This document shows, in pieces, positions 7,774 through 16,638 of a DNA stretch of 64,000 nucleotides. Numbering within the stretch: the stretch's first letter is position 1; the number at the start of each line of letters is the position of its first letter. The position numbers were made by a program, and so were the translations under genes. The DNA comes from Candidatus Jordarchaeia archaeon (GTDB lineage Archaea > Asgardarchaeota > Jordiarchaeia > Jordiarchaeales > Jordiarchaeaceae): contig JAHQXB010000063.1 of NCBI GenBank assembly GCA_029856435.1, forward strand, positions 7,609 to 71,608. The letters are read 5' to 3'. The notes beneath the pieces were generated by a model that saw nothing but the letters and a program-made list of their open reading frames with translations, did not search any database and was not told the DNA's origin.

Positions 7774-8478
7774 GTGGCGCGTCCGCTTGGGATTGCTCGG
7801 TGGGGAAAACTTATGGTTGATGTTAGGATTTATCCTTTGACTCTTGCTAAGATTATTAGGCATAGTACAATGTTTTCGGGTATAGAAGTGGCAGGTGTTT
7901 TGATTGGGAGATTAGTGAATGGTGTAGTTGAGATTTCGGATTCGGATACCGGTCCGCAGATTGGTACAACGGGCCATGTGAAGCTGGCGAGATATGTGGC
8001 GCCACTCATTGCTGAGAAGCTTCACAGGCAGGGAAGAAGTGATTACATTGTTGGGTGGTATCACTCACACCCGGGATTTGGCTGTTTTCTTTCTCCAATT
8101 GATGTAGACACCCAATCAGGACTCCAGAAGATGTTTTCCAAATGCGTAGCGTTGGTCGTTGACCCTTATGAGTTCATTATTTCGGGTCGCCCACGTGATG
8201 CAAAAATCGAAATGTTTAGAGTTCAAGATGGTAGAATTGTTACACTGGAATATGAGGTTGTTTTTGAGACTGATAAGATTATCAGAAACTTTATTGATAA
8301 CCTAGAGAGAGGCGAGGATCAATACGTAACTTCTTTAGACAAGATTAGGTTAGAGTTTTATGAATGGAACAGAAAGTTGGAAGAAAAAGTAGGTTTTGTT
8401 ACTGAGGAAATCAAACAAATCCGTGAAGCACTGGCAAACATTCTTGAAGCACTAAAGCAAGGTAGACGAATATCATAA
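7774..8478 (+). CDS. JAB1/MPN+ (JAMM) metalloprotease, Rpn11/CSN5-like putative deubiquitinase or Ubl-processing enzyme
   Basis: JAMM motif: EVAGVLIG ... HSHPGFGCFLSPIDV (E, HxH-x7-S-x2-D). The C-terminal ~60 aa are coiled-coil-like. A more likely start is the ATG at 7813 (MVDVRIYP...). Confidence 0.85.
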   Translation: MARPLGIARWGKLMVDVRIYPLTLAKIIRHSTMFSGIEVAGVLIGRLVNGVVEISDSDTGPQIGTTGHVKLARYVAPLIAEKLHRQGRSDYIVGWYHSHPGFGCFLSPIDVDTQSGLQKMFSKCVALVVDPYEFIISGRPRDAKIEMFRVQDGRIVTLEYEVVFETDKIIRNFIDNLERGEDQYVTSLDKIRLEFYEWNRKLEEKVGFVTEEIKQIREALANILEALKQGRRIS

Positions 8479-8610
8479 AATTTTAGAATTCAACAATTAA
8501 TAGGTCGCCTCATAATTTTTTAAGCTCCCTTTTGGCGCAGGACTTGTTTCAGAAATCTTCGGAAAGGAGTGGCCCTTTTGTGATTTTGAAAAGTTTTGGG
8601 TTAGGAGACA

Positions 8611-9342
8611 CTATTTTTTGATTAGGATGCAGATGGGTAGGCTGGCTCTTTTCCAGTCAGCATACTTTCCTTCGTATTCGATTTCAGGCGCTTGCTCCCT
8701 TCCATGAGTTCCCAATACTGCCAGAAGTGTTCCAGGAGTGGCTTGTTTATGGAGTACTTTTAGCCACTTGTCTGTGCGGGAAATTAACTTCTGTGTAATT
8801 TCTTTAGGAGGTCTGAAGCTGTATTGTTTATAAAGGGTTTCAAAGTCGATAAAGTGTATCCATAGAAAATCTGTTCGGTTAAGAATTTTAACAGTTTCAA
8901 TATATGTTCTATTATCTGAATCGCTTGGCCTTGTTTCCACTCCTTTTACTCCCTCGAGGTCCTCTGGCCTGGCAATCATTGTCACTTTACGTCCATGCTC
9001 CGCCATAAAAGTTAAGAGATTAAAATCAGCGTCGGGATTACCATGAATGACCTCTTGTAGGACATGGGGCGTGTAGGGATTCTCAGTTTCCAGCATTAAT
9101 ATTGCTTCTGATTTTCCAATGAGGAATTTAGGCTGATAATAAGTACACTCTAGCAAACCAAAATTGTCAAAAATGGCGAAAATTAAGTGATTGGATCTAA
9201 GAGTGTTAGGAATACCCTCTATTTGGGGTGGTATCCTACTCGGAGGTTGAATGCCCAAAAGGTTCAAAAGCGTAGCTGGAACTTGATTCATTCGTCCTTG
9301 AAACGCAGAGATATCACTCATGTTCCGCTTTCCACCTAACAA
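8611..9342 (-). CDS. Conserved hypothetical protein (possibly an alkaline-phosphatase-superfamily-like fold)
   Basis: 243-aa ORF with good coding appearance. Only a weak resemblance (IFAIFDNFG ... LGTHGRE) to metal-dependent phosphatase/sulfatase-type cores. Confidence 0.3.
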   Translation of the reverse strand: MLGGKRNMSDISAFQGRMNQVPATLLNLLGIQPPSRIPPQIEGIPNTLRSNHLIFAIFDNFGLLECTYYQPKFLIGKSEAILMLETENPYTPHVLQEVIHGNPDADFNLLTFMAEHGRKVTMIARPEDLEGVKGVETRPSDSDNRTYIETVKILNRTDFLWIHFIDFETLYKQYSFRPPKEITQKLISRTDKWLKVLHKQATPGTLLAVLGTHGREQAPEIEYEGKYADWKRASLPICILIKK

Positions 9343-9444
9343 TTGTAGAAGTTGAGAGCTACATGATTAAATTATTCTAAGGATATTATTAAAAATAACC
9401 TTATTTAAAACATTTCATTAAAAACAATTCCGGGGAATGCTTCC

Positions 9445-9789
9445 ATGGAGAAAGAGCTTCCAGGAACAGAAAAGGAAGAAGAAAAGGTAGACGCCCTCGC
9501 AACCCTACTATTTCTAATTTCCATATTAATTTTAGGCTACATTTTTCAAGGCTGGTGGACAGGGTTGTATCCCTTCACAATGAATTCCGTGGGGGAAGTA
9601 ATGATTACTTCACCAATAGTTTTACTAATTTTGGGTTCTCTGTCTCTTTTGAGTTTGGTTGGAGGAATGATTCGCGCCCACTACTCCCGAGAAGGGGTGA
9701 TTCTAACAGCAATAGCGGGAATAATTATACTTCTAATATTGGGTTATGTATTATTATCCAGCTATAACCCGTTTCAACTACTAGGATAA
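9445..9789 (+). CDS. Small integral membrane protein (about 3 TM helices)
   Basis: 114-aa ORF with an acidic N-terminus followed by three hydrophobic stretches. Confidence 0.5.
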   Translation: MEKELPGTEKEEEKVDALATLLFLISILILGYIFQGWWTGLYPFTMNSVGEVMITSPIVLLILGSLSLLSLVGGMIRAHYSREGVILTAIAGIIILLILGYVLLSSYNPFQLLG

Positions 9790-9828
9790 ACAAAGTAGTG
9801 GGGTATGTTTGATTTGATAAGGCTTTTA

Positions 9829-10747
9829 TCACTCTTCGCCGAACAAAATTTTGGATAGTTCTTTTAGTTGTTCTATGCCCCGGATTTCTTTGTCGTAGAG
9901 GGGAACCTCTGTTATGTTAAAGTCGTCGTATAGTTCATGTATTTCTTTAAGGTTCTCTAACTGCATACTTCTACGTGCCCGACAAAAGGGACAGTTAGGT
10001 ATGTCTGGATAAACCATGTTAACGATTATGTGGTCGCAGGGGATTTCGTACTCGTTGAGAGCGGAGAGTAATCTTTCTGTCTCAAAAACAGCCATTGCTT
10101 CAGGTATCATAACAACTACGAAAGCTGTACTCTCCGGATTCGATAGTTCAGCCCGAGCCACATCAATGGTAGTCTTCAGTTTTTCCAAAACTTCCATACT
10201 GCGATCAACTTCACCGCCCTTGCCGATTAATTTTTTAAAGAGTCCCGCTAGTCGTCCAAAGTATTCCCTTATTTTTAGCATGTTAATAACCCAGCCGCTG
10301 AGTACATCTGGCAGCGATAAGAGCCTTAAGGTGTGTCCCGTTGGGGCAGTATCAAATATTACGAGGTCATACTCAGGATTTTCGATGTATTCAAGTACCT
10401 TAGCAAACGCTAAGGCCTCGTCTGCTCCTGGAGGAGTCATACCAGTTAAGCCCCCCATACTCTCCAGTAGTGATTGGGCCTGAGGCTCGGAAAAATCTCC
10501 TTGCTCCAGATTTTTCTTGTAATCCTCAAAGGCTTTATGAGGGTCAATCTCTAATCCGTAGAGATTTTTTACTCCCTTAATTTTCTTAATTTTTGGACCT
10601 ATGTGTTGGTCAAAACTATCACTTAGGCTATGGGCAGGGTCTGTACTAATGATAAGGGTTTTGAGTCCATATTCCGCTGCCCAAATAGCTGCAGCAGCCG
10701 AGCAACTGGTCTTTCCTACTCCCCCTTTTGAGGGACTAGTTAAACAT
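9829..10747 (-). CDS. Get3/ArsA-family ATPase (TRC40-like). The 5' end is anomalous (see finding).
   Basis: The track ORF 9829-10458 contains DTAPTGHTLRLL and a CPFC (CxxC) motif. My translation upstream in the same frame gives LCLTSPSKGGVGKTSCSAAAAIWAAEYGLKTLIISTDPAHSLSDSF, which is the P-loop and switch region. No ATG/GTG/TTG lies in that frame after an in-frame TAG (10750-10752). An SD-preceded ATG at 10745-10747 is out of frame. Confidence 0.8.
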
Positions 10748-10998
10748 AACTAATCTTTCCTCCGAAGAGTAGGAATTTTACTTGCCTCTCTTTTAGTAGA
10801 TCGGCTATTGTCATTGCTTACTTCCACCTGTTTTTCAGTTATGATTATGATTGGTGACATATTTACACATTTATGCTTGAATTTAAGTTTTATTCATTAG
10901 ATTCTACCTGTTTTGAGAATTAATTTTTGACCTATTACCTTGAATCGGAGATTTACAATTTATAAAGGTTGAACTTATTTGAAATCCCTGTATTTATC

Positions 10999-11652
10999 TT
11001 ATTTTATCTTGACTCTTTTACCTGTGACCATATAGTAGATTCTTGCTGCCAAGTTACAGGAGTGGTCTGCTATTCTTTCTAGGTATCTTGCTATGAATAG
11101 GAGGTAGGCGGCATCAGATATTCCGCTTGGCTTCTCTATTACTAGGGTGATTAGTTCTCTAAATATTTGTTCGAAGAGTCCGTCTACTAGGTCGTCGTCC
11201 TCTGAGAGTTTCATTAAATTATCGACTCTTCTTGCGATGAAGGCGTCCAAGGATTTCCTTATCATTCCCTGTGCGATTTCTGACATGCGGGGAATATCTA
11301 TTAGTGGCTTGAAAAAGGGTTTTCCAGCTGTTTTTATGGCTATTTCTGCGATGTCTCCGGAATAGTCGCTTATTCGGTCTATGTCTGTTATGATTTTTAA
11401 GCAGGTTACAATAAAGCGTAAGTCTTCTGCCATGGGTTGCTGAAGTGCTAATAGTTCCATGCAGATTCTCTCTATTTCAAATTCTAGGTCGTCAACCTTC
11501 TTTTCTATCTCTATAACCCTTTGGGCTTGTTCTACGTCTTGTTTTTTGAGAGCGTTTACAGATTCTCGAACCGTCACAATTGACAGCTCACCCATATCGA
11601 CAACCATGTCTGCTAATTTTTTTAGTTGGTTCTGGTAACGTAGCCTCAACAT
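10999..11652 (-). CDS. phoU: Phosphate transport regulator PhoU
   Basis: Two PhoU repeats (ISDYSGDIAE, ERIADHSCNLA). The track ORF starts at 11775 but its first 41 codons overlap pstB, so the ATG at 11652 (MLRLRYQ...) is the likely start. Confidence 0.85.
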   Translation of the reverse strand: MLRLRYQNQLKKLADMVVDMGELSIVTVRESVNALKKQDVEQAQRVIEIEKKVDDLEFEIERICMELLALQQPMAEDLRFIVTCLKIITDIDRISDYSGDIAEIAIKTAGKPFFKPLIDIPRMSEIAQGMIRKSLDAFIARRVDNLMKLSEDDDLVDGLFEQIFRELITLVIEKPSGISDAAYLLFIARYLERIADHSCNLAARIYYMVTGKRVKIK

Positions 11653-11698
11653 TTTCTTTTCAGGTTTTAAAGTTTCTTCCTTCAATGCTATCCTTCCT

Positions 11699-12541
11699 TT
11701 AGCCGAACCTCCCCGTAATGTAATCCCTTGTGCGTTCTTCGCGGGGGTTTTCGAAAATTTTTTCGGTTTCATCATATTCTATAAGTTCGCCTAGATACAT
11801 AAAGGCTGTGTATTGAGAAACTCGCGCGGCCTGCTGCATGTTGTGGGTTACTATAACGACCGTGATTTTTTCTTTGAGATCCCATATAAGGTCTTCGATT
11901 TTTGATGTGGCAATGGGGTCGAGTGCTGAGCACGGCTCATCCATTAAAAGAACTTCCGGATTTATAGATAGTGCCCTAGCGATGCAGAGTCTTTGCTGCT
12001 GACCGCCAGAGAGTTCGTATGCATTTACATTTAACCTGTCTTTAACCTCGTCCCATAGGGCAGCCATTTTTAAACTATCTTCCACAATTTTGTCTAATTC
12101 CTTACTATTGTTTACTCCGTGAATTCTGGGGCCATAGGCAACATTGTCATATATGGACATGGGGAAGGGATTAGGTTTTTGGAAAACCATTCCCACCTTT
12201 TCTCTGATAGCTACCACATCGGCGCTATAATCATAGATGTTTTCGCCGTCAAGAAGCACCTCTCCCTCAACCCTAGCCCCATCAAGATCAACCAACCTAT
12301 TGAATGATCTTATTAATGTGGTTTTACCACACCCTGAAGGGCCAATTATTGCGGTGACCTTATTTTTTAATATTTTTAGGTTTATGTTTTTTAGGACATG
12401 ATTTTTACCAAACCATAGATTTAGGTCTTTAACCTCTATTTTAACGTTCCTTGTTCTAGTCCTTTTTTCTTTAACTACACTGTCCTCTCTATTATTTAAT
12501 GCCGATAATTTGTTTAACACAGATAACATCATTCTCACCAA
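11699..12541 (-). CDS. pstB: Phosphate ABC transporter ATP-binding protein PstB
   Basis: [24 protein letters not shown] and [12 protein letters not shown], in operon context with pstSCA. Confidence 0.95.
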   Translation of the reverse strand: MVRMMLSVLNKLSALNNREDSVVKEKRTRTRNVKIEVKDLNLWFGKNHVLKNINLKILKNKVTAIIGPSGCGKTTLIRSFNRLVDLDGARVEGEVLLDGENIYDYSADVVAIREKVGMVFQKPNPFPMSIYDNVAYGPRIHGVNNSKELDKIVEDSLKMAALWDEVKDRLNVNAYELSGGQQQRLCIARALSINPEVLLMDEPCSALDPIATSKIEDLIWDLKEKITVVIVTHNMQQAARVSQYTAFMYLGELIEYDETEKIFENPREERTRDYITGRFG

Positions 12542-13443
12542 CCCTTCCTCCTTTTTAAACCTTTATTTCGAATATACATTGCAAAAATGACGAATAGGAG
12601 AACCAGCCCCACAAGCACAAGAGCTGTTCCAAACTCGTAGGGTTTATTGACTGCTGCAAAAGGACTTGTTGTCGCCTCATAGTACAGGTGATATGTCAAA
12701 GCCATAACCGGCTGAAAGACATTTGTGGGGTAAAGGCTGCTTTGGTAGAAGACGGCTGCCGCGAAAAGTATGGCGGCAGTCTCGCCGGCGACCCGCCCAA
12801 TCCCCAGTATTGTACCTGTGGAGATTCCCGGCGCTGCTGCGGGTAGAACGGTTTTGGTAATGGTTTCCCACTTTGTGGCCCCTAGAGCTAGGCTTGCCTC
12901 TCGAAAGCTTTTCGGTATGGTCTTCAAGGCTTCCTCTGTTGACTTAACTATTATGGGGAGAGCCATGAACCCTAACACAAGCCAGCCTGAGAGGAGAGAG
13001 ACACCGAAGTCTAACTGTTTGCAGAAGAAGGCGAATGCAAAGAGACCGAACACTATCGAGGGAACACCCGCCAAGTTACTAATGGTCTGGATTATGAAAG
13101 ATTTCAGTCGACCCTCGTGCAGGTACTCATTAATGTAGATAGCTGAAAGAATTCCCAAGGGTACAGCTATACAGATAGCACCCGATACTAGAGCAAGAGT
13201 TCCAAATATCATGGGAAGTATCCCCCCATAAGAGAGAGACAAACCTAGTGGTGTGCCATAGAGCATCCTTGCTCCGGGTGTGCCAGTTATAAACTCCCAG
13301 TTGATTACTTGTGCACCGTTAATTATAATTACGCCCATAATTAGGATGAACGAAGCTAAAATTAGGAGGGTGGGAATGCTGAAAAGTATCTCGCCGAGAC
13401 CCACTCCCTTAGTAACAGCGGTTAACTCTTTTTCGACCTTCAC
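12535..13443 (-). CDS. pstA: Phosphate ABC transporter permease PstA
   Basis: 302-aa polytopic membrane ORF with an EAA-like loop ([14 protein letters not shown]). Its ends overlap those of pstC and pstB. Confidence 0.9.
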   Translation of the reverse strand: MKVEKELTAVTKGVGLGEILFSIPTLLILASFILIMGVIIINGAQVINWEFITGTPGARMLYGTPLGLSLSYGGILPMIFGTLALVSGAICIAVPLGILSAIYINEYLHEGRLKSFIIQTISNLAGVPSIVFGLFAFAFFCKQLDFGVSLLSGWLVLGFMALPIIVKSTEEALKTIPKSFREASLALGATKWETITKTVLPAAAPGISTGTILGIGRVAGETAAILFAAAVFYQSSLYPTNVFQPVMALTYHLYYEATTSPFAAVNKPYEFGTALVLVGLVLLFVIFAMYIRNKGLKRRKGW

Positions 13444-14555
13444 TACCTCACTCCTCCAAACTTCTTTTTGAATCTAGTGTTTATTGTATCTGCTACGAAA
13501 TTAACAATGTAGGTGATTATGAAAAGCACCAGTCCAACACCGAAGAGGGCGCTGTAGTGTAGGGTGCCCACTGCAGTTTCTCCCATCTCTGCCGCTATGG
13601 CTGCAGTCATAGGTTTAACAGAGGTAAAGAAAAGTTCCAAGGATAGGGGGGGAATGTTTGCTACGCCTCCACAAACCATAAGCACAGCCATCGTTTCCCC
13701 AAGCGCCCTACCAACAGCCAAAATAATACTCGCAGTAATTCCAGAAATAGCAGCGGGCAGAAGAACTTTACGTACTGTTTGGAAGTGTGTGGCTCCAAGG
13801 GCGAAAGAGGCTTCCTTGTAAGATTGGGGAACGGAGCTTATTGCGTCCTCGCTAATGGAAACAATGGTGGGAAGAATCATAATTGAGAGAATAATTGCCC
13901 CCGCGAGGGCTGTCTGACCAGATCTAAGATTGAAAATATTGGCAATGTATGGAACAAGAACTGCAAGCCCCACAAAACCATAAACTACGGATGGTATCCC
14001 TGCCAGAAGTTCAATTACTGGCTTTACGACATTTCTAATTCTTGGGGGGCAGTACTCCGATAGGTGAATTGCAGAGAGAATACCAATGGGCACAGCTATA
14101 AGTAGAGCACCGCCAACGACGGTGACGGTTCCAGCTATAAGTGGTAAAATTCCGAATTCGTAGCTACTTGGATCCCAAGTTGAGCCTGAAACAAAGTTTA
14201 CAAAACCAATAACAATGTTTCCATTTGCCTGAATTAAAGCATGAAGCCACAAATAGTCAGATAAACCCATTTCGTTAAGAAGAAGAGTAATATACAGTCC
14301 AATCTGCCAGTAGCCCATCTCCCGAATAATGGGAAGCCCCTGCTGCACTAGGAAAAAAAGAATGAGCATTGTGATGATAAAGCTAGAAAGAGCACAGAGA
14401 CCAGTAAGTCCTTCAGGAGAGAACACCCTCTTTAGAAGCTCCACAACCTTTAGTTGCAATATGTCGATTCTGGGAGTCGCAAATTTCATAAAACTAGAAA
14501 CAAAGTTTTTGAGAATTCCCTGTAAACGTTTTCCCAGAATCATAACACCACCCAT
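13443..14555 (-). CDS. pstC: Phosphate ABC transporter permease PstC
   Basis: 370-aa polytopic membrane ORF with an EAA-like loop (EASFALGATHFQTV), in operon context. Confidence 0.9.
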   Translation of the reverse strand: MGGVMILGKRLQGILKNFVSSFMKFATPRIDILQLKVVELLKRVFSPEGLTGLCALSSFIITMLILFFLVQQGLPIIREMGYWQIGLYITLLLNEMGLSDYLWLHALIQANGNIVIGFVNFVSGSTWDPSSYEFGILPLIAGTVTVVGGALLIAVPIGILSAIHLSEYCPPRIRNVVKPVIELLAGIPSVVYGFVGLAVLVPYIANIFNLRSGQTALAGAIILSIMILPTIVSISEDAISSVPQSYKEASFALGATHFQTVRKVLLPAAISGITASIILAVGRALGETMAVLMVCGGVANIPPLSLELFFTSVKPMTAAIAAEMGETAVGTLHYSALFGVGLVLFIITYIVNFVADTINTRFKKKFGGVR

Positions 14556-14592
14556 TAGGTATATTCCAGTCTCACACTTAATATTATGTGTA

Positions 14593-15513
14593 CTACGCGA
14601 ACGCTACGTAGCCCGCAGCCTCAACAGCCCTTTGACCTATTGGACTTAGCACAAATTTAATGTACATATCAACAGTGGACCCTGGGGTTGGAACCCCATT
14701 AGTAACATAGTAAAGTGGCCTAGTGGCAGGATAATTTCCATTTCTGATGTTTTCTCTTGTTGGAGCGAAAAATGTTCCGTCGCTTCCGGCAATCTCGGCA
14801 GTATTGACGTACTGGGTATAAGCAAAGCTGCAATACCCTATGGAGTAGGGGGTACCTAAAACTGAGAAAACCATGTCCTGATTATTGGTTACTTCTTGAT
14901 TTACCTTTGTCACACTAATCCCGAAGAGTTTTTCGAAGGATTCGCGGGTGCCAGAGTTGGGCTCTCTACCAATAACCCATATTGTTTCAGCAGGCAAACC
15001 TGAGTTAACCTGGTTCCATCTAGTGTAAACTCCGCTGTATATGTTTACCACCTGCTCTTTAGTCAGCTTCAAATTCACTTGCCCGGGAATATTCCAGATT
15101 ATACATATAGCATCCAGTGCCACAGCATTGAGATGGAGTGTTACACCATTTGCAGAAGCTCTAATAAGTTCACTGCTCTTAGGAGGGCGAGAAACAGCTC
15201 CTATGGGCGAAATCCTGTCAATAACATTACTGTACCCCAAGCCTGAGCCCCCAGCAGACACTTGAACATTAATCCCCGTGGCCGCGTGAAAGAGCGGCGC
15301 TTCAGCAAGTGTAATCGGCAAGACTGTGGTTGAACCTGCTATATTTAAGGTGTCTGAAGCCTGACCAGTGTATATACCTAAACTCTGCTGCAAATCTGCC
15401 TGAGGTTTTATGAAGATTATGGGATAAATAATGAACATTGAAATAGCTGCCATTGCTAGTATGAGCATTATTATTAGTAGTGTTTTTTTGCGGGGCAAGT
15501 TTAATGCCATCAT
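14593..15513 (-). CDS. pstS: Phosphate-binding protein PstS (membrane-anchored or signal peptide)
   Basis: 306-aa ORF with an N-terminal hydrophobic segment and PstS-like motifs (GSTTVLP, SGGSGLGY, REPNSGTR). Confidence 0.85.
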   Translation of the reverse strand: MMALNLPRKKTLLIIMLILAMAAISMFIIYPIIFIKPQADLQQSLGIYTGQASDTLNIAGSTTVLPITLAEAPLFHAATGINVQVSAGGSGLGYSNVIDRISPIGAVSRPPKSSELIRASANGVTLHLNAVALDAICIIWNIPGQVNLKLTKEQVVNIYSGVYTRWNQVNSGLPAETIWVIGREPNSGTRESFEKLFGISVTKVNQEVTNNQDMVFSVLGTPYSIGYCSFAYTQYVNTAEIAGSDGTFFAPTRENIRNGNYPATRPLYYVTNGVPTPGSTVDMYIKFVLSPIGQRAVEAAGYVAFA

Positions 15514-15624
15514 TTCCTATCCATTTTCTTCCTTTTCGCATGGACATCTAATTTTATGCTTTACTAATATTTTCCTAAAGATTCATAAGGATACATATGT
15601 ATACTTATTGTAGGTGTTTGTGGT

Positions 15625-16605
15625 ATGGAATCTAGAAAAATTCAAGAGGTTAAGGGGTCTTTCTATGTTTATTTGCCTAAGGACTGGTGTGCAAAGTCTA
15701 AAATAAAAGGTGGAAGCGAGGTAGTTATTCAGCAGTTGGATGATGGAAGTCTAGTAATATTTTCCAATAAGGAAGTCTATAAGCAGAAATTGAGCGGGGT
15801 TTTTGATGTTGAAAACTGCGATTCACATGTAGCCAACGTAATACTGCTTGCAGGGTATATAGTGGGACTGGATCAATTCAGCCTAGTATCTACAAAAGAA
15901 ATTTCCCTTGAATTCAGAGAAAATATAGAAAGCCATGTAAGAAATATGATAGGGGTAGAGGTTGTAGATGAAACAGACAAATCCATAGTAGTTAAGGACA
16001 TAAGTGAGGGCACATCCATAAAGCCTATAATTCAGAGGCTACTTAACACCACGGGTTACATTCTCACTAGTGTAGTAAGGATAATAAGGATCGGGGATCG
16101 CAAAGAGGCTCAGGCAATTATTAACCGTGATGATGATGTTGACAGGTACAATTGGTTGGTTCAGAGGATGGTTCACCTCATACTTGAGAATCCCGCGCTT
16201 GCTCGAGAATTAAATATATTACCCATAGAAGGGCTGCATTATAGCCATATAACAAGATACATTGAAAGAATAGCGGATCACGCAGTGGCCATAGCTGAGC
16301 AAATTTTGGCTAGTGGAACAATTAATGAGGATTTGTCCAAGTTTGCAGAAAAGGCTAATGAAGTATATAATTCACTCATTGATGTTTTCTTTAACAGAAA
16401 CTTGAAGAAGGCTTTTGAGATTTTGGAACAGAGATCTAATCTTAAAAGGGAACTACGAATTTTGGAAAAAGAGTTTCCAGAAAACAAGATAATTATTATA
16501 CACCTTGAAAGAATCATTGATTACTGCTCCGACATTGCTGAAACCGCCATAGATCAAACAGTATACAACATGGTTCTGAAAAAGAGAACCATAAAATGCT
16601 TTTAA
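15625..16605 (+). CDS. AbrB/SpoVT-like DNA-binding domain fused to PhoU domains (putative phosphate-uptake transcription regulator)
   Basis: The N-terminus SFYVYLPKDWCAKSKIKGGSEVVIQQLDDGSLVI is swapped-hairpin AbrB-like. The C-terminal half has two PhoU-type motifs (ERIADHAVAIAE, ERIIDYCSDIAE). It is divergent from the pst operon. Confidence 0.75.
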   Translation: MESRKIQEVKGSFYVYLPKDWCAKSKIKGGSEVVIQQLDDGSLVIFSNKEVYKQKLSGVFDVENCDSHVANVILLAGYIVGLDQFSLVSTKEISLEFRENIESHVRNMIGVEVVDETDKSIVVKDISEGTSIKPIIQRLLNTTGYILTSVVRIIRIGDRKEAQAIINRDDDVDRYNWLVQRMVHLILENPALARELNILPIEGLHYSHITRYIERIADHAVAIAEQILASGTINEDLSKFAEKANEVYNSLIDVFFNRNLKKAFEILEQRSNLKRELRILEKEFPENKIIIIHLERIIDYCSDIAETAIDQTVYNMVLKKRTIKCF

Positions 16606-16638
16606 CGAGTATACGTAGTAATTGAAAAGGAGTTCCGT

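Noticed and set aside
10999-11775. Long N-terminal extensions of phoU (to 11775), DUF424 (to 33245), the Lrp regulator (to 39936) and the radical SAM gene (from 51311), as given by longest-ORF logic
   Set aside because: The extensions overlap the neighbouring gene or encode hydrophobic or low-complexity leaders. Internal ATG codons at 11652, 33122/33101, 39888 and 51362 give family-typical N-termini.
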